Positions 38,116-47,628 of a stretch of 64,000 nt of DNA are shown here, one piece after another. This DNA is from Thermodesulfovibrionales bacterium (GTDB taxonomy: Bacteria; Nitrospirota; Thermodesulfovibrionia; Thermodesulfovibrionales; SM23-35): NCBI GenBank assembly GCA_049302065.1, contig JBAQLU010000126.1:7475-71474 (forward strand). Direction: 5' to 3'. The position numbers were made by a program, and so were the translations under genes. Position 1 is the first letter of the stretch, and each line of letters starts with the position of its first letter. A model generated the notes under the pieces. That model did not search any database, was not told the origin of the DNA, and was given only the letters and a program-made list of their open reading frames with translations.

Positions 38116-38598
38116 ATGAGCATGGATTTTACAATAGAATTTTATGAGACGGCTTCGGGGGCGTGCCCTGTTCGTGAATTTCTTGACGAGTTGAAGGGCA
38201 GTGATCCGGATGAGCGATTGGAAGAAAAAGGCGGAATGAAGAAAAAAACTAATTTTGACCATTACCTCGAAGAGCAGTTAAAAGACCCTTCCTTTGCCTC
38301 ACGCTTTGAGCGCGCCGGAGAGGCTTGGGATGTGGCGCTGCAAATCGCTGTTCTCCGGCAGAAGGCCGGGCTTTCTCAAAAGGAACTGGCGAAGATTCTG
38401 AAGACTTCCCAGCAACAAATCAGCCGGCTTGAGTCTCCCGGCTACGAAGGCCATTCCCTCAGCATGCTCCGCCGCGTAGCCGAAGCTCTGCACGCCCATG
38501 TCCGCGTAGTCTTCGAGCCGATTGAGACAGAAACGGAAATGCGTGTTGCCGAATCCTCTCCACCGTATCAGGCAAAACGCAGGCCCAGGCGGAGCTGA
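38116..38598 (+). CDS. HigA-like XRE-HTH antitoxin fused in frame to a 33-aa HigB/Gp49-like toxin N-terminal fragment
   Basis: MSMDFTIEFYETASGACPVREFLDELKGSDPDE is a Gp49/HigB-like start. From ATG 38236, MKKKTNFDHYLEEQLKDPSF...LSQKELAKILKTSQQQISRLE is an XRE HTH. Confidence 0.6.
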   Translation: MSMDFTIEFYETASGACPVREFLDELKGSDPDERLEEKGGMKKKTNFDHYLEEQLKDPSFASRFERAGEAWDVALQIAVLRQKAGLSQKELAKILKTSQQQISRLESPGYEGHSLSMLRRVAEALHAHVRVVFEPIETETEMRVAESSPPYQAKRRPRRS

Positions 38599-38604
38599 GA
38601 AATT

Positions 38605-38757
38605 ATGTTTGAGGGGCCGGAAAAGACATTCCAGAGACGCATCTTCGATAATATAGAGCAGGATCTTCTTCACGTTTTTTGTGATACTCTTAACATTTCG
38701 GATTGTACGGATTTTTATGTAGGATATTTCAATCTCAGTGGCTGGAAAATATTGTGA
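38605..38757 (+). pseudogene. 50-aa N-terminal fragment of a PLD-domain/helicase-type defence protein
   Basis: MFEGPEKTFQRRIFDNIEQDLLHVFCDTLNISDCTDFYVGYFNLSGWKIL*. The FDN....L and VGYFNLSGW pattern is typical of N-terminal PLD nuclease domains of restriction-related helicases. Confidence 0.45.
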
Positions 38758-39521
38758 AAGGCAAGACTAAAAATCCTTCCAAAGGTATTGTATCATGGCC
38801 TGTGGATGAGAGGCCACGTGAGCGGTTGCTGAGCCGTGGCCCGCATTCGTTGACAGATGCTGAATTGGTTGCGATTTTAGTACGGGTGGGCTTTCATGGA
38901 ACGAATGCGGTTGAATTGGGACGTCTACTATTAAAACAGTTTGGGTCATTGCGGGCGATGGCTGAGGCCCCATTAGCGGCATTACTTGATGTTAAAGGCT
39001 TAAAAGGTGCAAAAGTTGCGCAATTGGCTGCTGCAATGGAGATTGCGAGACGGGTTTCTATTCCGGATAAACGTGAACGGTTGCTGATAAAAGGGACTGC
39101 AAAAGCCAGCGAATACTTAATGGAGAGGTTAAGGGGGTTGCCTGATGAGCATTTTCGTATTCTCTATTTGAATCGTCGTAATTGTTTGCTTGATGACGTG
39201 CTTATTACTCAGGGGACAGTTGACGGCGTAAGACCCCCTCTTCGAAATATAGTTGCTCATGCTTTTCGGACAAATGCATGCAGTATAATAGCCGCGCACA
39301 ATCACCCATCCGGCTTGGCCGAACCGAGCGAATCGGATATTATCTTGACACGGGATATGATATCAGCACTACGCTCACTCGGCATGAAGTTGCTGGATCA
39401 TATCATTATCGGAGAGGAAGCGACATACAGCTTTGCCGACAGCGGACTCCTCGATGAGTTGGAACTGGAATCTTTTGCACCTTATCCAACCAAAAGAAAA
39501 AGACCAAAGGAGCAAGCATAA
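38703..39521 (+). CDS. radC: RadC-family JAB/MPN domain protein
   Basis: ERPRERLLSRGPHSLTDAELVAILVRVG and the JAB motif AAHNHPSGLAEPSESD. The real start may be GTG 38754. The stop overlaps the mod start (TAATG). Confidence 0.8.
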   Translation: MYGFLCRIFQSQWLENIVKGKTKNPSKGIVSWPVDERPRERLLSRGPHSLTDAELVAILVRVGFHGTNAVELGRLLLKQFGSLRAMAEAPLAALLDVKGLKGAKVAQLAAAMEIARRVSIPDKRERLLIKGTAKASEYLMERLRGLPDEHFRILYLNRRNCLLDDVLITQGTVDGVRPPLRNIVAHAFRTNACSIIAAHNHPSGLAEPSESDIILTRDMISALRSLGMKLLDHIIIGEEATYSFADSGLLDELELESFAPYPTKRKRPKEQA

Positions 39522-41536
39522 TGACACCGGAGCAACGAGAGGAGATTATAAGGTTACTTTCAAAAGGGGAAGAACTGTCACCTGAATGGGCAAGAGTGAT
39601 TTTTCCTCCCGAGAAAAGAGAATATGAACTTGTCTATCATGGCAAAGAGCGTGAAGAAGATATACTTGCTAATACATTAGCTGTTCCTTTGCAGCCTGTC
39701 AGAACCTTTGGCAGTAATGGCAGTAAAATGAATGGAGAATGGCATAACATGCTAATCTTTGGCGACAACCTTCAGGTTATGAAATCACTTTTAGAAATGA
39801 AAAAGGCTGGGAAACTTTGTAATGCTGATGGTACACCGGGTGCAAGGCTCATTTACATAGATCCGCCGTTTGCAACTAAAAAGGACTTTTCAGGCACGGA
39901 AGATCAAAAAGCTTATCAAGATAAACTAATGGGAGCTACTTTCATCGAATTCACAAGAAAAAGATTAATTCTGCTCAAAAAACTACTGGCAGATGATGGC
40001 ACAATATACGTCCATATGGATTTTAGAAAATCTCATTATCTAAAGGTGATTTTAGATGAAATTTTTGACTCATATGATTTTGCAGAGATCGTATGGATTT
40101 GTGGCTTAATGGGTTCGGGGAAGTTCTTCCCGAAGGCTCATGAAACCATTTTTTGTTATAAATCAAAAAACGCCTCGTTTGCTCCACCACTTCGATTAGG
40201 ATATTCAGAAAGAATTACTAAAGCGTTACAAAAAGACCAAAAGGGATGGTTTTATACTCGCGGAAAAGAGAGTAGCGGTGGTTCAAATTACTTAAAAACA
40301 TACATCTGTAAGAATCCAAAATTAGCTAAAGAAGACGCTATAGCTGAGGCAAATAAGAATCGCCCACAGACCGCATGGAGTGTCTGGATAGGAAAGGATC
40401 AGTTAGCACAAGAATTCAATGATTATCCCGTTGGGACATATGCATATACAGAGGCGGAAAATGTGGGGTATCCTACCCAGAAACCAGAAGCTCTTCTTAA
40501 GCGAATTATTGAGGCATCGTCTAAGCATGGTGATATAGTTTTGGATGCCTTTGCTGGATCAGGCACAACTTGTGCAGCATCAGAAAAGCTTAATCGTCGT
40601 TGGATTGGCATAGATTGCGGAAAACTTGCAATGTATAAGATACAGAAACGAATGTTAAATTTACATAAAGAAATTGGGAATACAGGTCCGAAAATCGAAA
40701 CAAAGCCGTTTACTCTTCACAACGCTGGTCTTTATGACTTTTCCAAACTTAAAGAACTGCCATGGGATTCGTGGAGGTTCTTTGCTCTACAGCTTTTTCA
40801 ATGCCGCGATGAGCCTCATACCATCGGCGGCATTAAACTGGACGGCTATCTTAAAGGTTCAAGTGTGCTGGTATTCAATCACATGAAAGAAAAAGGTGTC
40901 CGAATTGATGAAGAGACAATAGAGAGCCTTCATGAGGCCCTTGGCACAAGGATCGGCAATAGGCTTTTTATCATTGCTCCTGCTTTGACGTTTGATTTTC
41001 AGCAGGATTATATACCAATAGATGGTGTGCGATATTATGCCCTCCGGATACCATATTCAATTATTAACGAACTGCACCAGAGGGAGTTCACCTGTCTGAA
41101 GCAGCCTTCTGACGAAATGGCAGTGAACGATACGGTTGAAGCTGTCGGGTTCGATTTCATAAGGACTCCTGATTTGAAATTTGAATGCAGTATAAGAAAA
41201 GGAAAGGGTGATTCTCCAGGCATAGCATATATCAAAATCAAGACCTTCAAAAGTGAAGCGGTTGTGAGAGAGCCTATGCGTAAAAAAGGTAACCTGGAGA
41301 CATTGTCGATGGTGATGATAGATTATGACTTCGATGAAAAATCCCAAGTCTTTGACCTTGATGATGTTTTTTATGCTGATGCGATTGAGAAAGCAAACTG
41401 GGAGCTGCATTTGCCTGTTGATTCTATAGGCGGGAAAATGATGGCTGTATTTATTGATATTTACGGCAACGAGGCGCGGGTGGTCATTGAACCGGAACAA
41501 TTTGGGATACCTTCAGGAAAGAAGAGGAGTAGATAA
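39521..41536 (+). CDS. mod: Type III restriction-modification DNA methyltransferase (Mod)
   Basis: 671 aa. Motif IV IYIDPPFA precedes motif I VLDAFAGSGTTCAAS (beta-class order). N-terminal PEWARVIFPPEKREYELVY is typical of Mod. Confidence 0.85.
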   Translation: MTPEQREEIIRLLSKGEELSPEWARVIFPPEKREYELVYHGKEREEDILANTLAVPLQPVRTFGSNGSKMNGEWHNMLIFGDNLQVMKSLLEMKKAGKLCNADGTPGARLIYIDPPFATKKDFSGTEDQKAYQDKLMGATFIEFTRKRLILLKKLLADDGTIYVHMDFRKSHYLKVILDEIFDSYDFAEIVWICGLMGSGKFFPKAHETIFCYKSKNASFAPPLRLGYSERITKALQKDQKGWFYTRGKESSGGSNYLKTYICKNPKLAKEDAIAEANKNRPQTAWSVWIGKDQLAQEFNDYPVGTYAYTEAENVGYPTQKPEALLKRIIEASSKHGDIVLDAFAGSGTTCAASEKLNRRWIGIDCGKLAMYKIQKRMLNLHKEIGNTGPKIETKPFTLHNAGLYDFSKLKELPWDSWRFFALQLFQCRDEPHTIGGIKLDGYLKGSSVLVFNHMKEKGVRIDEETIESLHEALGTRIGNRLFIIAPALTFDFQQDYIPIDGVRYYALRIPYSIINELHQREFTCLKQPSDEMAVNDTVEAVGFDFIRTPDLKFECSIRKGKGDSPGIAYIKIKTFKSEAVVREPMRKKGNLETLSMVMIDYDFDEKSQVFDLDDVFYADAIEKANWELHLPVDSIGGKMMAVFIDIYGNEARVVIEPEQFGIPSGKKRSR

Positions 41537-41539
41537 CCA

Positions 41540-44110
41540 ATGACGACTCGGGGAGATCGGAAGACCTTCAAAAATGAAGACCTTGTCCTTAAGGTTACTA
41601 CAAATATAGACCCTGCTATTTGGGACGAAACAAAATATGAGGCTTTCTTAGATGAACTTTGCGGGACACGGGAGTATCAAAAAGAAGCTATTCGTATTAC
41701 ATTGCAATATCTTCTTGGAGGTAAATACGCTAATCTTCGTGAGCTTGCAAAAGACAATTTTGAAAGCAATGAAGAGATTCAACAGCGTTATGGTTCCTGG
41801 ACAGGCATGGAACGACACCTTCAGTTACCTGACCAACTATCTTGTTCGTTAGACCTCGCCACCGGAACCGGCAAAAGCTATGTTCTCTACGGCGTTGCTG
41901 CCATTCTGCTTGCAGAAGGTATAGCAGACCGGATTCTCGTACTTTGTCCTTCCAATACGATAGAGGCAGGTCTGATAGAAAAGTTTCGTGATCTTGCAGG
42001 CAATTCAGATTTGAAGGATCTTTTGCCGAATGATGCAAGAATTTCTACACCCAAGATCATAAATGCCTCGGAAACTATTGTGGACAGTGCGATATGTATC
42101 GAGAACTATCATGCAATTCTTGAGCATGTTAAATCGTCAATCAGGGACAGTCTGAAGGGGCGCGGTGAACGGGTCGCTGTACTGAGCGATGAAGTTCATC
42201 ATGTGGCAAATGAGACTGGTGCAAAAGCAAAGAAATGGAAAGAGTTTCTGCTCAACCCCGAATATGGATTCAAGATTGTTGTTGGTGTTTCAGGCACATG
42301 CTATGTTGGCGATGATTACTTTGCAGATGTAATCAGTCGTTATTCATTGCGGCAGGCTATAGAGGATCGTTTTGTTAAGAAAGTAGAATACGTCGCTGAG
42401 ATGCCCGAAACTGACAATCCCGAAGAAAGGTGGCAGCTGATATACAACCGACACAAGGACTGGAAAAAGAAACTGAAAAAACATGGCATCAAACCACTTT
42501 CTATTATCGTGACAAAGGGGATTTCAGATTGTAAGCGGGTTGCTGCTGAGTTACAGGAGTTCTTACAGGAATGGGAAGGTATTTCTCCGGATGACGCTAA
42601 AGAAAAAGTGCTGCCTGTAACATCCGCCGCAGAGCATCAGCCAAATATTGCAAAACTTAGGGTTGTAGACAATCCAGCAAGTAAAACTGAGTGGATTGCT
42701 TCAGTGTCTATGCTAAGTGAGGGCTGGGATGTGAAAAATGTATTTTTAATAGTGCCACATGAGGAACGGGCATTTAACAGCAAGCTCCTTGTCGCACAGG
42801 TTCTGGGCAGAGGTCTTCGCGTACCTGATCATTGGCGGGGTGAACAGCCGATAGTGACCGTATTTAATCATGATGCATGGTCCGGGAGAATACGTCATTT
42901 AGTGAATGAAATATTAGAAATTGAGCGGCGTTTATCATCAGCCATTGTCCAGTCCTCCCCGTTCCACTTTGATCTTCACAATCTCGATTACTTGCGCAAT
43001 GAAGACATAAGCGAATACACCAAAAAAGGCGAGTATCGTCTGCTCGAAGAAGGCTTTGTCGATCTGCCGACTCAGGTAGAAGCTGAAGATGTATCGATTG
43101 AATTTGAGCGGGCAGTTACCGGTGAGCGTACAAAATTTAAGACCCATATCGAACATAAGACATATAGTGTTGATGAGGTTGCGGAATTGATGTTTAGGCG
43201 GCTGCAATCAATTGATGAAGAAACAAAGGACGAGGAAGATCCCAAAGACAGAACAAATTATACAAAGAAATTTTCTTTAGAGCGTTTAGAACAGGTTGTC
43301 AAGGAATCATTAAAAAGAGGAAAGATTAAAACGGGTAGAATTACTGAATCCAACAGACAGAAATTCCTTCAAGCGCTCGGAACACTCCGGCGCAAAAAAG
43401 CAAAAAGAGTCGTTTACAAACTCAACCCAAAGGCACTCATACCTTTAAACACCAGTGAACGGCATGCTGAAAGTTGCAGCGCGGCAGAAATACGAAGGAG
43501 TGATAAAACGATCTTCTTTGGGCCAGATTGCGAAGCCACACTTCCTGATGAACAGTTGGAGTTCTTTAAAGAAGTCCTGGACCCTGACGGTGATTTCCGG
43601 GGCGGAAGAGAGGCTATATCTAATTCACATGATTTTAAAACCCCTCTGAATCTGGTTATCGCAGATGCCAAGCCTGAACGCAAATTTGTCCGAATGGTTT
43701 GCGAGAGAGATAATGCCCAGACTTTGGATGCATGGATTAAAAATACCCCGCAAAGGTTCTATGCTATAGAATATGCATGGAAAAAGGGGGAACATCCAAA
43801 ACGCGGTGAATTCAGCCCAGATTTTTTTATTAAGAAAGGCGATATGATTTTTGTTGTTGAAATCAAAGGAGATGAGGAAATATCTGATCCGTCTATGGAG
43901 AACATTAAGAAATATGAATATGCCCTTGCACATTTTATGCGCCTTAATGAATGGCTTGAAATAGAGAAAATTTCTATCCGATACCAATTGAATTTCTTGA
44001 CGCCAAAAGATTACAACAGATTCTTCCAGCAGATGCGAAATAATGCACTGACGGGATTTCGTTCGGAACTGGATGTTGTGCTTAATGCTGCAGCTGCAAG
44101 CAACCAGTAA
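41540..44110 (+). CDS. res: Type III restriction enzyme Res subunit (SF2 helicase + C-terminal PD-(D/E)xK nuclease)
   Basis: 856 aa. Walker A LATGTGKS, LSDEVHHV (DEAH), and C-terminal FSPDFFIKKGDMIFVVEIKGDEE. Confidence 0.85.
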   Translation: MTTRGDRKTFKNEDLVLKVTTNIDPAIWDETKYEAFLDELCGTREYQKEAIRITLQYLLGGKYANLRELAKDNFESNEEIQQRYGSWTGMERHLQLPDQLSCSLDLATGTGKSYVLYGVAAILLAEGIADRILVLCPSNTIEAGLIEKFRDLAGNSDLKDLLPNDARISTPKIINASETIVDSAICIENYHAILEHVKSSIRDSLKGRGERVAVLSDEVHHVANETGAKAKKWKEFLLNPEYGFKIVVGVSGTCYVGDDYFADVISRYSLRQAIEDRFVKKVEYVAEMPETDNPEERWQLIYNRHKDWKKKLKKHGIKPLSIIVTKGISDCKRVAAELQEFLQEWEGISPDDAKEKVLPVTSAAEHQPNIAKLRVVDNPASKTEWIASVSMLSEGWDVKNVFLIVPHEERAFNSKLLVAQVLGRGLRVPDHWRGEQPIVTVFNHDAWSGRIRHLVNEILEIERRLSSAIVQSSPFHFDLHNLDYLRNEDISEYTKKGEYRLLEEGFVDLPTQVEAEDVSIEFERAVTGERTKFKTHIEHKTYSVDEVAELMFRRLQSIDEETKDEEDPKDRTNYTKKFSLERLEQVVKESLKRGKIKTGRITESNRQKFLQALGTLRRKKAKRVVYKLNPKALIPLNTSERHAESCSAAEIRRSDKTIFFGPDCEATLPDEQLEFFKEVLDPDGDFRGGREAISNSHDFKTPLNLVIADAKPERKFVRMVCERDNAQTLDAWIKNTPQRFYAIEYAWKKGEHPKRGEFSPDFFIKKGDMIFVVEIKGDEEISDPSMENIKKYEYALAHFMRLNEWLEIEKISIRYQLNFLTPKDYNRFFQQMRNNALTGFRSELDVVLNAAAASNQ

Positions 44111-44180
44111 AAAGGATTTGTGGAATGAATTTCAACTACGACATCAAATACCACATGGGACGGGATAGTGAGGAAGAAGT

Positions 44181-44396
44181 TTGACGCAGGAAGAACTCAA
44201 GAAACTTTTTGATGAACTGAAAACCCTTTCCTCGGAAACCGAGTGGGTTGAGTTTAAGGAGGCCAAGTCGAGTTTTAGTTTCAAGGAACTCGGTCAATAC
44301 TTCTCTGCCTTGAGCAATGAGGCGAACTTGAAGGGCCAATCATATGGCTGGCTGATTTTCGGGGAGAAGGGCATTGATGGGTTATTGTTATTGTAA
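44181..44396 (+). pseudogene. truncated AlbA_2/Schlafen-type DNA-binding domain protein (N-terminal 71 aa only)
   Basis: ETEWVEFKEAKSSFSFKELGQYFSALSNEANLKG matches the AlbA_2 N-terminus. Full-length relatives are several hundred aa. Confidence 0.5.
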
Positions 44397-44454
44397 AGGT
44401 TTTACTATCGATGCGGTTGATATAGACATGTAGCAAAATGAAGGAAGCATAGAC

Positions 44455-44673
44455 ATGAAAACAACACCTGAAAAGCTTTCAGCGGAGATTAAGTCTTTGA
44501 CTGACGTGGAAAAACTGAGGTTAGTGGACGCTATCCTTGCTGACCTCGACAAACCTGACCCGGAGATAGACCGCATCTGGGCTGATGAGGCACGCAGACG
44601 ATGGACCGCTTATAAGGCAGGGCGTATTCTTTCGGTATCGTATCAGGATGTTAGGCGGGATATTGAGGAATGA
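44455..44673 (+). CDS. putative addiction-module component (TIGR02574-like antitoxin), orphan
   Basis: 72 aa. LTDVEKLRLVDAILADLDKPDPEIDRIWADEARRRWTAYKAG pattern. No intact toxin follows. Confidence 0.6.
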   Translation: MKTTPEKLSAEIKSLTDVEKLRLVDAILADLDKPDPEIDRIWADEARRRWTAYKAGRILSVSYQDVRRDIEE

Positions 44674-44722
44674 ATTGCACAGTGTTATTAGAATAAAATA
44701 CTTATATAAGGAGGTAAAAGAA

Positions 44723-44920
44723 ATGAGTGTTGGAGTAATGGTCGAATTGAAGGTTGAAGAGATCGCTAATTCTATAAAAAAGTTGAAAAAGGCTGACAAG
44801 GAAATGTTGATTCTCTTATTGTCGGGTGAAGGCCGGGAAATTGCCGGGCGGGCACGAGATATTAAAACAAAAAAAGTTAAGCCACTGACAAGAGAGGAGA
44901 CATTCAGGGATGTCTTATAA
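44723..44920 (+). CDS. small antitoxin-like protein (65 aa)
   Basis: AAGGAGGT RBS at 44709-44716. Overlaps the start of a RelE/ParE-like fragment by 11 nt, the usual antitoxin-toxin layout. Confidence 0.4.
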   Translation: MSVGVMVELKVEEIANSIKKLKKADKEMLILLLSGEGREIAGRARDIKTKKVKPLTREETFRDVL

Positions 44921-46391
44921 GGATGCATATCATCCAAGGGTCAAGGCAGATTTAAAAAAGCTGGATAAACCTGCAGTAAAAGAAATCCACAGCATTCTGA
45001 CCCCTAAGTTGATCGATACCCATTGCCATCTTGAGATGGATGCATTTGATCAGGATAGAGAAGAGGTTATTCAGAGGGCGAGAGATGCCGGCATCGAGGC
45101 AATGATCACAATCGGCTCTGATTTGGAAGGCAATATCGGCGGGCTTGAGCTTTCAGGAAAATATGATTTCATCTACTCATCGGTAGGCTTCCATCCTCAT
45201 GATGCAAAGGATTTTACAGAGGAGATATTCGGTAAGATAAAAGAATGGGCAACAGACAGGGGCAAGGGGCAAGGGGCAGGGGGCAAAGTGGTTGCTATCG
45301 GTGAAATCGGTCTGGATTACCATTATGATAATTCTCCGCGAGAGATTCAGCGTGAAGTATTCATGAAGCAGCTCATTTTTGCGAAAGAGATTAATCTCCC
45401 TGTCGTCATTCACAGCAGAGAGGCAAAAAAAGATACGCTTGATATAGTCAGGGAATCGGGCGTCAGGACAGGGGTCTTCCACTGCTTTTCAGGTGATATG
45501 GATATGGCAGAGAAGGCAATGGGAATGGGATTTTATATATCAATAGCAGGGCCGGTAACATTCAGGAACGCTAAAAAGCTGAAAGAGGTTGCTAAGACAA
45601 TCCCTGATGATTATCTCCTGGTCGAGACAGATGCACCATATCTTACCCCTGAGCCTTTGAGAGGTAAGAGGAATGAACCCTCTTATATCATTCATACAGC
45701 AAAGGCGGTCGCAGAACTCAGAGCTATTACCCCTGAGGATATCTCAAGGATTACAACGCTCAATGCAAAGCGCCTTTTCAGGATCGGACAGGTGCAAGTA
45801 GAAGGAGAGATAGCCTACAGGATCAGGGACAGCCTTTATCTTAATATTACAAACCGGTGTACGAATAAATGTTCTTTCTGCATACGGTTCTATTCTGATT
45901 ATGTAAAGGGGCACAACCTGAGGCTTGCAGGTGAGCCAACAGAGGAAGAGCTTAAGAAAGCCATAGGTGATCCGGAACAATATCAGGAGATAGTCTTTTG
46001 CGGATACGGTGAACCAATGCTACGGCTTGATCTGATCAAAAATCTTGCAGCATGGATAAAGCAGCATAAAGGGAGGGTCAGGATAAATACGAACGGCCAT
46101 GGCAATCTCATACACGGTAGAAATATCCTGCCTGAATTACAGGGACTTATTGACAGCATTTCGATAAGCCTCGATGCCCATGATGAAGAGACATACAATA
46201 CAATCTGCAAGCCTGCCTTCAAGAACGCCTTTCAGGGAATCATAGAGTTTATTAAAGAGGCCAGGAAATTTATCCCTGATGTACAGATTACTATTGTTGA
46301 GCTTAATGGCGTTGATATGGAGAAATGCAGGAAGATTGCCGGGGAATTGGGGGTAGAACTCAGGCTCAGGAAGCTTGATGTGGTGGGGTGA
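44910..46391 (+). CDS. TatD-family hydrolase fused to a TatD-associated radical SAM domain; the first 33 codons look like a RelE/ParE toxin remnant
   Basis: LIDTHCHL, GEIGLDY, HSR, and ETDAPYL (TatD). C-terminal half NITNRCTNKCSFC (CxxxCxxC). The TatD start is probably TTG 45009. Confidence 0.8.
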   Translation: MSYKDAYHPRVKADLKKLDKPAVKEIHSILTPKLIDTHCHLEMDAFDQDREEVIQRARDAGIEAMITIGSDLEGNIGGLELSGKYDFIYSSVGFHPHDAKDFTEEIFGKIKEWATDRGKGQGAGGKVVAIGEIGLDYHYDNSPREIQREVFMKQLIFAKEINLPVVIHSREAKKDTLDIVRESGVRTGVFHCFSGDMDMAEKAMGMGFYISIAGPVTFRNAKKLKEVAKTIPDDYLLVETDAPYLTPEPLRGKRNEPSYIIHTAKAVAELRAITPEDISRITTLNAKRLFRIGQVQVEGEIAYRIRDSLYLNITNRCTNKCSFCIRFYSDYVKGHNLRLAGEPTEEELKKAIGDPEQYQEIVFCGYGEPMLRLDLIKNLAAWIKQHKGRVRINTNGHGNLIHGRNILPELQGLIDSISISLDAHDEETYNTICKPAFKNAFQGIIEFIKEARKFIPDVQITIVELNGVDMEKCRKIAGELGVELRLRKLDVVG

Positions 46392-47628
46392 AGAAGTCGT
46401 AAACTTCAGAGATTACTATCTCTCCCTGAATTCCGTCTGAAAGGCGTTTCCATTTCAGCCTGCCGGATGCTATCTCATCATCGCCTATGACGAGAACATA
46501 ATCGGTTGATAACCTGTCTGCCCTTCTCAATTGGCTCTTTAAAGAATTTCCTGCATATCCGAGTTCGGCCCATATCCCCTTTTCTCTGAGCCTGTCGGCC
46601 ATGACAAGGCACTCCTTAACTGCAGTTTCACCTATTGCAGCAATAAACACTGATGGCGCCGGGATCGTATCGGCGCCTGATGACTTCAGGAGTGAAGTGA
46701 TCCTCTCCATCCCGATTGCAAAGCCGATTGCCGGGGTAGCAGGCCCTCCAAAGTCCTCAACAAGTCTGTCATACCGTCCGCCTGCAGCCACTGCATTCTG
46801 GGCGCCAAGGTGTTTGCAGGTGACTTCAAAGGTTGTTCTCGTATAATAATCAAGACCTCTGACCATGTTCGGATTAATGGCATACGGAATATTAAGTAGC
46901 TGCAAATATGATTTAAATATATCAAAATGTTCTTTGCACTCAATACACAAAAAATCTGTAACATGGGGAGAGCCTTCCCGCAGTTTTATGCATGCATCAA
47001 CTTTACAGTCGAGTATCCTGAGAGGGTTCTGGTCATATCTTCTTTTGCAGTCAGGACAAAAACCATCGATCCTGACTGAAAAGAAATTTAGGAGGGCTTT
47101 CCTGTAATCAGGCCTGCATTTTTCGCAGCCGATCGAGTTCACCTCAAAATTAAGACCTTTTAACCCGAGCCTCTCGAAAAAAAGTTTGAGCATAGAGAGT
47201 ATCTCTGCATCGATCTTCGGTTCTCCGGCGCCGAAAGCCTCAGCCCCTATCTGGAAGAACTGCCTGAAACGGCCTGCCTGTGGCCTTTCGTATCTGAACA
47301 TCGGGCCTGAGTAAAAGAATTTCTGCGGAGCAGGAAGGTTGTAGAGATGATTTTCAACATAACATCGGACAACAGGCGCTGTGCCCTCCGGCCGCAAAGT
47401 AATCCGCCTGTCTCCCTTATCGGAGAAGGTGTACATCTCTTTTTCAACAATATCTGTAGTCTCACCTATGCTTCTGATAAAGATATCCGTGGACTCAATG
47501 ATCGGTGTCCTTAATTCCTGAAAACCATAAACGGAAAATATATCCCTGGCAATTTTCTCAACATTCTGCCATATATAAATGGCAGGAGGGAAAATATCAT
47601 GCACGCCCTTCAGGGCATTGTATTTCAT
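46366..47628 (-). CDS. hisS: histidyl-tRNA synthetase
   Basis: 420 aa. LRPEGTAPVVR, FRYERPQAGRFRQF, and GGRYD. Confidence 0.9.
   Translation of the reverse strand: MKYNALKGVHDIFPPAIYIWQNVEKIARDIFSVYGFQELRTPIIESTDIFIRSIGETTDIVEKEMYTFSDKGDRRITLRPEGTAPVVRCYVENHLYNLPAPQKFFYSGPMFRYERPQAGRFRQFFQIGAEAFGAGEPKIDAEILSMLKLFFERLGLKGLNFEVNSIGCEKCRPDYRKALLNFFSVRIDGFCPDCKRRYDQNPLRILDCKVDACIKLREGSPHVTDFLCIECKEHFDIFKSYLQLLNIPYAINPNMVRGLDYYTRTTFEVTCKHLGAQNAVAAGGRYDRLVEDFGGPATPAIGFAIGMERITSLLKSSGADTIPAPSVFIAAIGETAVKECLVMADRLREKGIWAELGYAGNSLKSQLRRADRLSTDYVLVIGDDEIASGRLKWKRLSDGIQGEIVISEVYDFFTPPHQAS

Noticed and set aside
37911-38664. The 27-bp direct repeats as attL/attR of an integrated element.
   Set aside because: Both copies are coding sequence for the same protein N-terminus (gene-fragment duplication). 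They bracket only about 0.7 kb, and no integrase is present.
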